Positions 20,947 to 35,155 of a stretch of DNA of 64,000 nucleotides are shown here, piece by piece. The stretch is from NCBI RefSeq assembly GCF_009914755.1, contig NC_060925.1. One strand, written 5' to 3'. The notes below the pieces were generated by a model. It saw only the letters and a list, made by a program, of their open reading frames with translations. It was not told where the DNA came from and ran no database searches. Made by a program: the position numbers and the translations under genes. How positions within the stretch are numbered: the stretch's first letter is position 1; each line of letters starts with the position of its first letter. This stretch comes from the human T2T-CHM13v2.0 reference genome, Homo sapiens.

Positions 20947-21085
20947 CTCGGCTTTCTTTTCAGGGTGGATGAAGCCCTTTTCTGTAAGGCATGTGAATGC
21001 TGCAGGGTTCTGGAGACTTTCAATTTCTTCAGAGATCCAGCAGAAGGAGTAGGTGCTATTGGCTGGGTTTAGGATGGTAAAGGTC
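20947..21085 (-). CDS. HYDIN2: HYDIN-like exon S (~ex71), 139 nt: RTFTILNPANSTYSFCW...HPEKKAE
   Basis: ggccag|G ... GAG|gtatgt; phase 2->0. Confidence 0.9.
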
Positions 21086-21567
21086 CTGGCCAGGGTGGGG
21101 AGAATTGACAGAAGAGAGTGGGACAGGGGATTGAGGATTAAGAGAAATTTCTTAGAACCTGGCCCCAACGCAGTCCCCCATCTGGGAAGCAGAACTGTTC
21201 AGAGCACTTTGTTACTGTGGAAATGAAAACTCCATCTCCTCTAGCGATCCACAGTCAGGGTAGGGTTCTGGACTTTGGAATAACAATGCTGCCAAGGGCA
21301 CAACTGTGCCAATGATCCTCTGTGGTTAAGGAGGTGGTCAGGGATTATACTTTTGTGTCTTCCATATTTTCCTCAGTGGCAAAACTAAGGAGACAGAATT
21401 CAGCTTTCTTAACGTAACAGTTCTCTAAAGTCAAACCTCTAAAACTCAGGTCAAACCCCAGGATATCGAGCCTGCTTATAGGAATAGGTCTAGCTCATCT
21501 ATCTGAATTCTTTTAGAGTTCTTTAGGACCGATGTGAATTCAATCAATGTAAACCTAAGCAACTCAC

Positions 21568-21780
21568 CGGAGATTCTTCCCTCCTATGCCCACAGTGGTG
21601 AACTCAATCACCCGGGTGTTTGGATCCAGAGCTCCCCCACTGGACCCTCGGAGCTCTGGGTTGCGCTGATGGCCACTTATGTAGTCCGAGTCTTTCAGAT
21701 CAAAATGGCAGATGGGCAAGGTGCTCCGCCCTTTTGCTACCAGGACCGGACCTTGCTCTCCAGGTGGCAGGTTGGGAATC
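21568..21780 (-). CDS. HYDIN2: HYDIN-like exon R (~ex70), 213 nt: IPNLPPGEQGPVLVAKG...GIGGKNL
   Basis: ctctcag|G ... CCG|gtgagt; phase 2->2; open in the ancestral frame. Confidence 0.9.
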
Positions 21781-22926
21781 CTGAGAGGATAAGGTTATTT
21801 TTATTTGTTTTATTTTGTCATCAGTTGTTGCTTTCTTAGTTGGTTGGAAATGAATATTATATCCGCCAGAATGTGAGCTCTATGGGAGTAGAGGCTGGGT
21901 CTGTCTTGGTCAATAGCATCACTCAGTGCCTTGAATGCATGACTGGGCTGAGCATAAGCAGCCTGAATTTGGCTCCTTCTGTGTACCTAAGTATGGCCGC
22001 AGGTTACTTCCCCCATCAATGTTGAGAAAATATTCCTGCTGCAAAATGAGCACAGTCTTACCCTCTGGTCTCTCTCATAGGCATTTAGTGGAATATGGAA
22101 AGTGACCTGGAAATCCTAAAAAAGTATCCTGAGCTCCTCGGAAAAGGTGAACTGGATATGAGCAGATGCTCAGCTCCAGGACCAAGCTGAGGTGGCCTAG
22201 GTGTGGGAGGGGTCTCAGTGGTATGACTGCAGGAGGTCAAGGAGGCCCCAGCAGCTCACTTAGGTCTCTGCCACCCTAGGTCACAGCTCACAGGATTTTT
22301 CTGTAAGGTGATTGTACTTCTTCAAGTTTTCCTGGGAGCAAGTACCTCATCAGGGACTTTCATTGTCAGATGTCATTGGGTTAGCTTTTCTCTCACTGCT
22401 GTGTACCAGGTCCACCAACTCCACCACCACCACCACCACTACCACCTAATGTTTATCGTGCTTATTGTGTGCCAGGCACTGTTGTAAGCACTTTATTTGA
22501 ATTAACTCATTTAACTTTCCCAACAATTCCACCAGCTGGGTATTATATTTACATTTTATGTATGAGGAAACTGTGTCTCAGAGAAGGTACAAGAAAGCTT
22601 TCCTAAGTTCATGCTTGCACAAGGACTGAAACCCACCTGGCTATCACCAGTCTGTTGCTCAGTGGAATCCTACATGCAGCTGGGAAGGGGAAAGTAAGCA
22701 GGGGGAAGCATCTGGAGAGGTTGATGAGCAGGACAAAGACCATATTCTCCTTGTTCTCTAAAGGGTGGACCCTTTAGATCCTTCCAAAGGGAAAAGGGAT
22801 AATTTGGGGATGTGCAGGGATCTAGGGCCAGAAAGGATGGTGGCAGTGGTTGGACAGAAAAGGGGATAAGAGCCACAGAGCTTTGTGCCTGCCAAGAAGG
22901 GTGTTGTGGCGAGCACATTTTCTTAC

Positions 22927-23133
22927 TGGCAGAAAAGGTTGCTCTCGAAGTCTCCAATGTCCAACGGGGAGAATTTTACTTTGAACTTCTGATCTTCCCC
23001 ACCGGCACGATTCCCGAAGAGGGCTCCACAGAGAAGGGCTGTGGGGAACCCTCGGCCCAGTGGTCCATGGTGCTGTCCAGGGTGCTGCCTGTGTGCCTCG
23101 TGCCCTGACTAAGCTGATCTTTTTGAGCTGAAC
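22927..23133 (-). pseudogene. HYDIN2: HYDIN-like exon Q (~ex69), 207 nt, frameshifted: GSAQKDQ...VPVGKI-RSSK*
   Basis: ccccag|GT ... GCCA|gtaaga. Entering in phase 1, 207 nt exits in phase 1, but exon R needs phase 2. Adding 1 nt at ~22992 restores IQKFKVKFSPLDIGDFESNLFC(Q). TAA at 22978-22976. Confidence 0.9.
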
Positions 23134-23962
23134 CTGGGGACAGACAGGGAGTGGGTGATATTCTGCATTTGCAGTGAGAGGCAGGTGGAAGGGAGCCCAC
23201 TTACAGGTCCTTAGGGGCCCTCTGCGGATATGGTGGATATGGACTCACCTTTTGTAGCAGCTGTACTTAACCTTGGGTATTAGAGGTAGGGAATTGCTCA
23301 TATAGCTTACAGGAGACTCATGAAAAATGTTTCTATTTATTCCATAGGGTTTTCAAATTTGTTTCCTTTTGGTTCAAGCGGGTGGGTCAAGAAGATGTTT
23401 GTGCCCTAGAATAATGGGCTGTGAACATATTTTTTTGAGAATCATTGTTCTAAAGTAGGGGTTTACAATCTGGGGACCCATGGATAAGGGCCCATTCAAA
23501 AGGTCTGTGCATCTCCAAAGTTGAAGTAACAACAATAATAATAATAATAATGATAGCAACTTGCCTACCAAGTGTTGGTTCCTTTTCTAGTGCTTCATAT
23601 GTACCAACTGAGAACTTGGGCATGGGTGTGTATCTTCCTGGGAAAATGATTCATAACTTTCAAAAGTTTCTCCAAGGGATCTATAATCTCCCACAAGGTT
23701 AAGACCTAAGAGACAAGATTCCTAGTTATCTTGAGATGGGGCATTGGCCTGGTGCAGGGACAGAGTTCAGACTCCAGGAGGGTGGAGGTAAGTTTTGGAG
23801 TCCCTCAGGCCCATTTGGCTCTGCAGACACCACAAGGTCTCTGCTTTGCTTTTCTTTAGCTACTTAGGAGACCCTCTGAGCAGTGCTGGCCTCTCCATGA
23901 ACAAGGCTCTTCTAATTGGTGACTCAGGCCAGGCCCTGGGTTTTACTTGTCACTGAATTTAC

Positions 23963-24060
23963 CTTGGTGATCTGGTTTTGCAAAGCTGACTGCCTTTGAG
24001 GTATCTTCTGAGAGCCAGCTGAATTCCAGCTGGACACGTCCTGAATTAATCACATCGAAC
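23963..24060 (-). CDS. HYDIN2: HYDIN-like exon P (~ex68), 98 nt: EFDVINSGRVQLEFSWLSEDTSKAVSFAKPDHQ
   Basis: tttgcag|G ... CAAG|gtaaat; phase 2->1. Confidence 0.9.
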
Positions 24061-24471
24061 CTGCAAATCGATCAGGGAGCAGATTTGAGAAATGTGCTGC
24101 AGGTGGTTTTGGTCCTGGCTGCATGTCATCTATACTGTACTTAACCTTTTGAAGTCATGTCACTTTGTTTCTTAAATATTTTTAAAAAGGCACATTTTAA
24201 GTAATTTTATTAGAAATCATGCATATGATATACTCGAACAAGAAAATATATAGTGATTAAAAGTAAAAATATAAAAAATATTTAGCACTTAAAAGTCTTT
24301 TGCATTCTTCCAACACCCTGTGCAGCGAGCTCTCAGCAGGCATTGCAGTAATCCTAAACCTCCCCCATGAGAGAGGAAACAAAATCTATTTCACAAGACA
24401 GCACCTCCCTCAGGAACAAATTCTACAGGCCCTCCCTTTCTGAATCACCTCCCATCAGAAACAATGTCCCT

Positions 24472-25438
<967 letters not shown>

Positions 25439-25627
25439 TTAGATTTCCACTCTCTAGTCCAGGTAGACAGACCATCTAGTTTCACCTGAAATCAAGTGCT
25501 TTGACCACAGTGGCTTGTGTTTATTTTGTAAATTTATGAGCACTTGTATTTATTCTAAAGATAATTTTTATAAAGTGAAGAAATCTCAGTGGCACAGAGT
25601 ACTTTTTATAAAAAGAGTTCTCAGTTT

Positions 25628-25828
25628 AGGGGTTGGCAAACTTTTGTAAAGGGCCAGATAGTAAGTTTTTTGTCTTTGTGTCCCATACGGTCTCTGCAAT
25701 GACTCAGCTCTGCCTTTGTAGTGGGAACGCAGCCACAGTTAGGTCATAAATGAATGGGCATAGCTGCATGCCGGCAAAACTTTATCTACAAAAACAGGCT
25801 ACAGGCCACAGTTTGCTGACCCCTGCTT
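25628..25828. mobile_element. MER58A-like DNA transposon
   Basis: ggggttggcaaact...gtttgctgacccctg terminal inverted repeats. Confidence 0.75.
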
Positions 25829-27033
25829 TAGGTGAAATGATCATCAGCAGAAGATCACATTTCCTGACATTTATCTTTTGGTTCTATAGTAATTTGCAAA
25901 GATGTTTAGAATTCAACAAATGCACGATGAGTTGAATGAGCTAATTACTAATTTGTATGCAGTAGAAATGTCAGTGGCTTACATTTTTGTCCTTGTACGT
26001 GTTGCACATGTTGCTCTCTCTGCCTAGAGAGAGCCCTTCATTCTCGCTTCTTCACTTGGCTATCCCCATTCTCACTTCTTTCACTCTCACTTTGTTCTCA
26101 CTTCTTTACTTGGTTACCTCCTATCTGTCCTCTAAAGTTCAGCTGGGGAACTACCTTGTCCAGGAAGCCTTCCTTGACTCTCTTGATCTGCTTTAAATAC
26201 CCCTTTGCTTCATGCACATGACATTATGCTGTAATGAAAAATTCTCCTGTTTCTATCTGTCCCCCGGCTGCCACCCTCAGATTATGAGCTCTTTGAAGGC
26301 AGGGCCCATGGCATCCTTGAGTCCCTGTGTCTGAATGTGGGTGAAGGGTTAACATAAACTTTTCTCCTTCTCAAAGATGAATTTGACTCTGAAATAGCTT
26401 TCTAGGTCTGTTCCCCTGGAGACTTGATAAGGGAGGAATGTCAGTTGTATTATTAGGTGACATTGTTTATACTAAAAATGGCCCCGATGAGTAAATGATA
26501 TGTGCACTGGGAGGAACTATGACCACCTAGAGGGAAGCCATAGCTGTGGGGTTCTCTGAGTGTAGTGACTCTTGTAACTGGGCATATTCTCTGCAGGGAC
26601 CCCAGAAGATATATCTGCAGAGTGGTTAGGAGAAATGGTGGTCTTTTGGGTCTGGGCTTCTAAGCTTAGATGGATCCTATACCCACCAGTGTGGATATTG
26701 TCTGGGTTACCACTTGGTGCATGGGCAAAAAGAACAGATCCTGGGTGGCTGTGTAGATTGCTGCAAGGACTGCTCCCACTAAAGTGGATTTCCTGATGCC
26801 GCCCTCCTGGTGTACTACATTTCCTGGCCTATATCTTGATTTCAAGTGTGAATTTCAATAGCTCTGTGGGCCTGAATGTTTCATTGGACCTAAGACAACA
26901 CTCTGGTGCATGCCACACAGATACGATGCCTAGTAGATGCTGCTGTAGATAATAGACGTTTGATGAGTGAGTGAGTGAATGATGGAATGAAAGAGCTTTT
27001 CCATCTAGTGTCACGAGACTTTTGATGACTCAC

Positions 27034-27194
27034 TCAAACACTCGGGTCTGGTAAACCAAGGTTTCCTTAAAGCGCACATCTCTTGCTTGGCAATGGTATG
27101 AAGCGAAATCCACATTGGCACTGATTTGAAGCTGCAGTTCTTGGTAGTTTTCTTCTAGTACTGAGTGAGCAGGTTCCGGATCCGTCTCTATCAC
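27034..27194 (-). CDS. HYDIN2: HYDIN-like exon O (~ex67), 161 nt: VIETDPEPAHSVLEE...YQTRVF
   Basis: ttacag|GTG ... TTGA|gtgagt; phase 0->2. Confidence 0.9.
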
Positions 27195-27606
27195 CTGTAA
27201 CAAAGGCAGCTGTGTCCTCAGAGATGCAGAGCACAGGGACAGAAAAACTGACAATGGAATAGAATAGAGAGACCAGAAACATTCTAGGCATATGTAAAAT
27301 TTAGGTACACTATGTGACAATAAAGTCCTGGCAGATCACTAGGGAACAGACAGGCTAAATGAAAAAGGGATCTAGTAAGATTAGTCATCTAGATGAAAAA
27401 TATGAAATTGGATCCTTGCTTCACAACATACATAAAATCCAGGCGGGCCAAGAGCTGAAATATCAAAAAAACAAGTCTTAAAAATATATAAGTGAACATC
27501 TTTCCGGGAGGAAAGAGTTAAAAATAAGACACAAAAAGTAATACATATAAAAGAAGGGATTAATAAACTTGATGATATTAAAATTAATAACAGAAAAGAT
27601 AAACTA

Positions 27607-27910
27607 GGCCAGGCATGGTGGCTCACGCCCGTAATCCCAGCACTTTGGGAGGCCGAGGTGGGTGGATCACTTGAGGCTAGGAGTTTGAGACCAGCCTGGC
27701 CAACATGGTGAAACCCTGTCTCTGCTAAAAGTACAAAAATTAGCCGGGTGTGGTGGTGCATGTTTGTAATCCCAGCTACTTGGGAGGCTGGGGCATGAGA
27801 CTCTCTTGAACCTAGGAGGCGGAGGTTGCAGTGAGCCGAGATTGTGTCACTGTATTCTGGCCTGGGCGAAAGAGCAAAACTCTGTCCTCCTCAAAAAAAA
27901 AAAAAAAAAG
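27607..27910 (+). mobile_element. AluS, within an old L1ME-like fragment (~27240-28500)
   Basis: Alu consensus. Confidence 0.9.
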
Positions 27911-28534
27911 ATAAACTATAAATTTGGTAAGGATATTTGCAGACAAATAATATGAACAGAAGAGTTTATAAAAAATAAAACAACTCACACAAAATATAAG
28001 TATCATAATTGAAAAATGAGCAAAAGGCATGAAAAGGCATTCCTGCAAGGGATAACTTGTATGACTAGTAATCATATGAAGAAATACTCAGCCTTATTTG
28101 TGATCAGAGATCAGGACAATGCAAAATAGGCTCATAATGAGACCATTTCCCATTCATTCAAATGATAAAAATCAAGAAGTCTGACAATGCCAAGTGTCGG
28201 AGAGGACATGGATCAATAAGCTCTCTGCTGTAGGAGTATAAATTGGTACAGCTACTCTGGAAAATACTGGGGGATTATCTTGGCAAGTTGAACATTCATA
28301 TATCCAATGAGTCAGCAATTCCACTTCTAGGAATATAAACTCTTACAAATGAACACCATGTGAATAATACATCTGTGATAGCAAAACCCCAAATAATTTT
28401 CAAAAGGAGAAGGGAGAAATCATAATGGAATTTTATGTAGAAGTGAAATGGATACACTACAGCCACATGCAACAATATGGATGATCACATACAATAACAT
28501 TTTTTAAAAGTTAAAACTACAACTAACAATATAT

Positions 28535-28829
28535 GTTTTATTTTTATTTTTTGAGAAAGAGTCTCACACTGTGTATTCCAGGTTGGAGTACAGTGGTGCG
28601 ATCACGGCCCACTGCAGCCTCGACCTCCCAGAGCTCAGATGATCCTCTCACCTCAGCCTCCTGAGTAGCTGGGACTATAGGCATGCACCATCACGCCCAG
28701 CTAATTTTTGGTAGAGATGGGATTTCACCATGTTGCCCAGGTTGGTCTCAAACTCCTGGGCTCAAGCAATCTGCCTGCCTCAGCCTCCCAAAGTTTTGGG
28801 ATTACAGACATGAGCCACTGTGCCTGGCC
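28535..28829 (-). mobile_element. AluJ
   Basis: Reverse Alu with J-type cctgggctcaagcaat. Confidence 0.85.
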
Positions 28830-29430
28830 TGATATACCTTTTAGTGTGCATAGGTTAAAAAAAGAACAAAAAACAAAAACCAAGGGAGTAAACAAGTCAA
28901 GTCAAGATAGTGATTACTTCTAGGATGGAGGCAGAGAGTGGAATGGCTGAGAATTACACAGGTAGTCAATATTCTACTTCCCGTGTTGGGTGTGGGTTTG
29001 TCTCTGTGTATTATATTGTTTTTAAAAAAACTAACCAAGGAATGAATAAAAGAAGGGCACACATGGACCAAAGATGAGATCCTGTCATGAACCAAAGATT
29101 ATTACAAATGTGATTCTGGACACCTGAGGGAAAAGGGAAACAACTAAAAGATTAGCATTGACATTTTTGAAGAAGGAAAAGGTGGGAGGACTTGCTCAAC
29201 TGCTTATCAAGACTTAAGCTAAAGGTCTACCAGTGAAGATGTGTGGTATGTGTAGCATTGATGGCAGGCAGCATGTGTAGAAGTTTAGTTTGTCACTTTT
29301 GGAATCAAGGTCAAGTAGAATGGGAACCTTTTCTTTTTACTGTGAAAAAAGGAAATGATGAGGGACTTGAGACCAGTAGGAATCCAAGCATGGAGGCCTG
29401 GTCAGATTGGTGCTTGATGTCCCCACTTAC

Positions 29431-29649
29431 TTTTCGTTTTGTAGTGAAAGTCCCAGGCATGTTTCTGGGTACGTCCACCCACTTGACTGTGTGCATGCGG
29501 TCATCCCAGTCGGGGATCTGGTCTGTAGGGAGCTGAAACATAATCCTGGAGAGCTTGCACCTGATCCGCATATTCTTTAGGTTGATGGGTACATCTGACT
29601 TCATGGTCACCACTATGTCCTTGGCACACCCAGGGTGGAGATGGCCCAT
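29431..29649 (-). CDS. HYDIN2: HYDIN-like exon N (~ex66), 219 nt: MGHLHPGCAKDIVV...GTFTTKRK
   Basis: ttcctag|ATG ... AAA|gtaagt; phase 0->0. Confidence 0.9.
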
Positions 29650-30089
29650 CTAGGAAAGAGCCTGGTATTAGTATTTTTGAGAATCCGATCTTGAGGACTC
29701 TTGATACCTGCTGGTGATATTCTAGAGAAGGGAAGGAGCCAAAGGTCTTGGCAAAAAATGCATGTTAAGCCTGTGTATGTAGACAGAATTAAATATGTAC
29801 ATGAGGATCTTAGGTAGAAACATAATAATAATAACAAGAACAACTAATATTTATCAAATGTACTTGCTTCAGGCACTATTCTAAACCTTTACACAATTCT
29901 ACGAATCCCTACAACAACCCTATGAGGGGTACAGCTATTATTCTTATTTTACAGACAATGAAACTTGTAACTTGGTTGAGGTCATTAATTTTTGAGGAGT
30001 TGGATTCAGACCCAGGCAATCTGGCTCCAAATGCCATACTCTTAATCAATATGATCTATACAAATTATGGACAGAGGAATACAGTACAC

Positions 30090-30259
30090 TAGCAGTTCTC
30101 CAAAGGTGTTCTGGTGACCTTGGGATCCCCAAGACCTTTTCAGGGGATAAATGAGGTCAAGACTATTTTCATAGTAATATGAAGATGTTATTTGACTTTT
30201 TCACTCTCATTTTCTCATAAGTGTACAATGGAGTTTTCTAGAGGTTATGTGATATATGG
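30090..30259 (+). mobile_element. Charlie1-like hAT DNA transposon 5' end
   Basis: gaccttttcagggg...gaggtcaagactattttcatagtaata...gtgtacaatggagttttc. Confidence 0.6.
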
Positions 30260-31478
30260 TGATATGGTCTGGCTGTGTCTCCACCCAAATCTCATCTTGA
30301 ATTGTAGACCCTATAATCCCCACATGTTGTGGGAGGGACCTGGTGGGAGATAATTGAATCATGGGGGCAGTTTTCCCCACACTGTTCTTGTGGTAGTGAA
30401 TAAGTCTCACAAAATCTGATGGTTTTATAAGGGGTTTCCCCTTTTGCTTGACTCTCATTTTTCTCTCTTGTCTGCTACCATGTAAAATGTGCCTTTTGCC
30501 TTCTGCCATGATTGTGAGGCATCCCCAGCTATGTGGAACTGTGAGTCCATTAGCCTCTTTATAAATTACCCAGTCTCGGGTATGTCTTTATCAGCAACGT
30601 GAAAATGAACAAATATAGTAAATTGGTACTGGTATAGTGAGTGGGCACTGCTGTAAAGATACCTGAAAATGTGGAAGTGACTTTGGAACTGGGTAACAGG
30701 CAGCAGTTGGAACTGTTTGGAGGGCTCAGGAGAAGACAGGAAAATGTGGGAAAGTTTGGAACTTCTTAGAGACTTGTTGAATGGCTTTGACCAAAATGCT
30801 GATGATATGGACAATGAAATCCAGGCTGAGATGATTCCTGGAGATGAGAAACTTGTTGGGAACTGGAGCAAAGGTGACTCTTGCTATGTTTTAGCAAAGA
30901 GACTGGTGGCATTTGGCCTTGCCCTAGATATTTGTGGAACTTTGAACTTGAGGGAGATGATTTAGGTTATCTGGCATAAAAAATTTCTAAGCAGCAAGAC
31001 GTTCAAGAGGTTACTTGGGTGCTCTTAAAAGCATTCAGTTTTAAAAGGGAAACAGAGCATAAAAGTTCAGAAAACTTTCAGCCTGATGATAGAAAAGAAA
31101 AACCCATTTTCTGAGGAGAAATTCAAGAGGGCTTCAGAAGTTTGCAAAAGTAGTGAGGAGCCAAATGTTAATGGCCAAAACAATGGGGAAAATGTCTCTA
31201 GGGCATGTCAGAGACCTTTGTGGCAGCCCCTCCCATCACAGACCCAGAGGCCTGGGAGGAAAAAATGGTTTTGTGGGTGGCCCAGGGACCCCCCCTGCTG
31301 TGTGCAGCCTAAGGATGTAGAGCTCTGCATCCCAGCCACTCTGGTCATGGCTAAAAGGGGCCAAGGTGTGGCTCAGGACATGGCTGCAGAGGGTGCAAGC
31401 CCCAAGACTTGGCAGCTTCCATGTGGTGTTGAGCCTGTGGGTGCACAGAAGTCAAGAATTGAGGTTGGGAACCTCCAC
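30260..31478 (+). mobile_element. THE1 MaLR: 5' LTR (30260-30617) plus truncated internal sequence
   Basis: tgatatggtctggctgtgtc...aaattacccagtctcgggtatgtc, then gtaaattggtac internal start; no 3' LTR. Confidence 0.85.
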
Positions 31479-31546
31479 TGTGCCCAGCCTCTCTGCCTTC
31501 TTTGATTAAGGCTTTGGTAATAAAAATAATGCACAAAAGCAGATTA

Positions 31547-31915
<369 letters not shown>

Positions 31916-32894
31916 GTAGTATCTGCCTTATAGCATTGTTCAGAGGATTAACCATGGTCTTAGAACTATTTTTGGCATATAGTAAGCACTCAATTTACAA
32001 ATAAAGTGGTATACCAGCTCTATTCAGGGTTGGATTTGGACCATGACGAAACGGAATGGTCAGGGTCCTAATGAACTTTACATCACTCCAAAAAGCAAAA
32101 TTTATCCCTAATAGCGCTCAAAGATTTAAAGATGACAAAGTCCCCAACGCCTTTGCTCCATCCCCCTTGAGTACTGTGCTTGAGCAGACTCACTGGCTGT
32201 GTATCAACAGAGCAGGAGGCAGTGAAGACACTGGGGTGTGCATGCTCTGGGAACTCAGAAATGAACTATCTACAAAAAGCAACCACTGGCCAGAGGCAAC
32301 GATCTTCTAGAACGTTATCCTAGGCCTTGTTCAATGTCAAGCTTTAGTCAGCAATTCAAAAAAAAATGTGTGCTGTGGAGATGCTAAAAGAAGAGGTTAG
32401 AAAATTCCAGGTAAAACAAAGTTAACAAGGTTTTAACATGCCAAAGAGAACCAGGAATATTTAAGGAAGGATGGAGCTTGGAACATTTTCTAAATCTCAG
32501 TTGTCCACAGAACCCATCACCCCCATTCTAGCTTTTGGTGAAGCATTTTGAAGGACTGATACTCTAAAGGACACACACCTAGGAGGACACAGCTCCACAA
32601 TCTGGGATAGGAAGACTAGGACCTGTATTCATCTATACAGGCCTCCACAGGGCCCGTTGACAGCAGCCTAGCAACAGTTTTGGTCAACTTCATTCTCCGT
32701 CTTCCCCTCTTAACCAGGAGAGACATGAACAGTGTTCTTTGCTACTAGGTATGAGTGAGGGATGATTCCTGGGCTGTCTCTCAGCTTGAGATGCATTAAT
32801 TCCATTCCATGCATCCACGGGAAAGGGCTGACAATCAGTCTGGGGTTGGCTTAGGACTAAGGGATTCCAAAAATGATGAATGACTTTTATTTAC

Positions 32895-33037
32895 CTGTGG
32901 GGAGAAAGCAATTGTAGCTGAAACAGGCCATTCAAACCGTATCAAGTTCACTTGGCTGTGATTTGTGACTGTGAAGCTCGCATTATAGCTGTGTCCAATG
33001 TGGCAGTCCCCAAATTGGATGTGGTCCACCAGAGCAG
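32895..33037 (-). CDS. HYDIN2: HYDIN-like exon M (~ex65), 143 nt: AALVDHIQFGDCHIG...TIAFSPQ
   Basis: ccctag|CT ... CAG|gtaaat; phase 1->0. Confidence 0.9.
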
Positions 33038-33202
33038 CTAGGGATTAGAAGCAGAAGGCTGTGAGTCCTCCCTGGCCTCCCCTGAGGGCCTGCTGCCTTA
33101 AGGAGGCATAGTGCTTCACTCACATGCAGTCCTTCCATCCTTGGATGGCTATATTTGAGAAACCTAGAATCTCTGAGTAACAAGATTTCTATCCTCAAGG
33201 AA

Positions 33203-33935
33203 TCTATCTATCCACCCATCCATCCATCTATCCATCCATCCATCCATCCATCCATCCATCATCCACCCACCCATCATCTACCCATCCATCATCTATCTAT
33301 CCATCCATCCCTCTCATCCATCCATTATCCACCCATCCATCATCCACCTATCCATCACTCACCTATCCATCCATCCATCCATCATCCATTCATCCATCCA
33401 CCATCCACCCTCCCCCATCCTGCCATCATCCATCCACCCACCCATCCAGCCATCATCCACCCACCCACCCATCATCCATCCACCCTCGCATCCATCCATC
33501 ATCCACCCATCCACCATCCACCTATCCACCCATCCATCATCTCCCTACCCACCCATCCATCCATCCATCCATCCATTATCCACCCTCCCATCCATCCATC
33601 ATCCACCTGCTCACCCACTCATCCATCCATCATCCACCCATCCATCATCCATCCATCCATGCATCCATCCATCCATATATCCATCCATCATCCACCCACC
33701 CACCCATCCATCCATCCATCATCCACCCATCCATCCATTAATTCATCTATCATCTACCTACCCACTCACCCATCATCCACCTACCCACTCACCTATCTAC
33801 CCATCATCATCCACCCATCCATCCATCATCTACTCATCCATGCATGCATGCATGTATCCATCCACCCATTCATCTATCATCTACCCATCCATCCCTCTAT
33901 CCCTTCATCCATCCATCCATCATCCATTCACCCAC
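33203..33935. repeat. Complex (CCAT)n/(CCCA)n tetranucleotide microsatellite, ~730 bp
   Basis: Directly visible; generates the spurious His/Pro-rich ORF 33155..33940. Confidence 0.95.
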
Positions 33936-34016
33936 CTTAGCCCTCACCTCCATTTGTACAAGAGAAAACATAGGTCCCCAACTCCATTTGTTTGGTGAGA
34001 AAATATTATAAAGGAT

Positions 34017-34207
34017 TGGGATTGCCAGATAAAATATAGGAGTCCTGGTTAAATTTGAATTACAGATAAGAAATGAATAATTTTTAGGATAAGTATGTCC
34101 CATGCCATGTTTGGGATATACATATACTAAAAATTATTCATAGTTTAACCAAAATTCCAATTTATTGAGGAGTCTTGTATTCTGATTTGCTAACTCTGGC
34201 AATCCTA
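34017..34207. mobile_element. MER53-like DNA transposon
   Basis: gggattgccagataaaata...ctggcaatccta terminal inverted repeats. Confidence 0.7.
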
Positions 34208-35155
34208 TTATGGGCATGAAATCTGAGTTCTGAACTTAGATTCACTGCTGGCTCCTGCTTGAGCCTTGGTAAGAGAGATGTCACCCTGTAGCCTCAAACA
34301 GGGCTGAAACACCAGGTATATGAGGAGTGTTGATTTCAACCCATGTTGTGTAGACCACCTAACGGTACATTCCAGGACTTTAATTAAGCTTCTAGGTAAA
34401 CTATGGGACTCTGTTTATAACTCACTTTTTAGCAACCAACCACATAATTAGGGCGCTTAACCAATGCCTTCTGATGATAACAATTTGATGATAAATTTTT
34501 CCAATCCCCAAAAATGTCAACTAAATGAAGCTTTAGTGCTTGATAGATTGCAGCACAACATGTCTTAAGCTTTAGTATAAAAACACGTCACCTGGGGCCT
34601 TGTTAAAATGTGGTTTCTGATTCAGTAGGGCAGGGGGGTCTGAAACCCCCATTTCTAACAAGCTCCCAGGTGATGCTGATGCCATAGGATCTCAAACTGC
34701 TCATTGAGTAGTGGGGCTGTGCAGAGTGATGTTCTAGAAGTGCCCAAACCTATACTCTCTCTAATAAACAGACAATGCCAACACAAGCCAGCTAATAAAT
34801 GCAGACAGGAAAAACTGCAAGGCATTTATTTGCTTATTAGTTGAACCAGAATTTGAATATCAAACTATAAGCTCCTTAAGAGTAGAGACTTCCTTGTTAA
34901 TTTTGAAACTCCAGGGATCAGCATGCCTGGAACATGTACTTGGTGATCAATACATATTCATCGAGTGAACACATGAATAAATGGAAGGATGGATGCCATG
35001 ACTGAGCCAGGCATGCCAGAGCATAGAGTAATGAAGAGGAGAGTCAGTCCTAAATTCTCAGGGAGCTAACCAACCTGTTATTTAAATTTACTCTCATTTA
35101 AAACAAATGACCCAGTAGCCAACACTTGCCAACACTTCACTGCTGTTTCTCCCAC

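Noticed and set aside
31086-31505. 139-aa ORF
   Set aside because: Decayed THE1 internal sequence.
33155-33940. 261-aa His/Pro/Ile/Ser-rich ORF
   Set aside because: Translation of the (CCAT)n microsatellite, which lacks stops on this strand; no other coding evidence.
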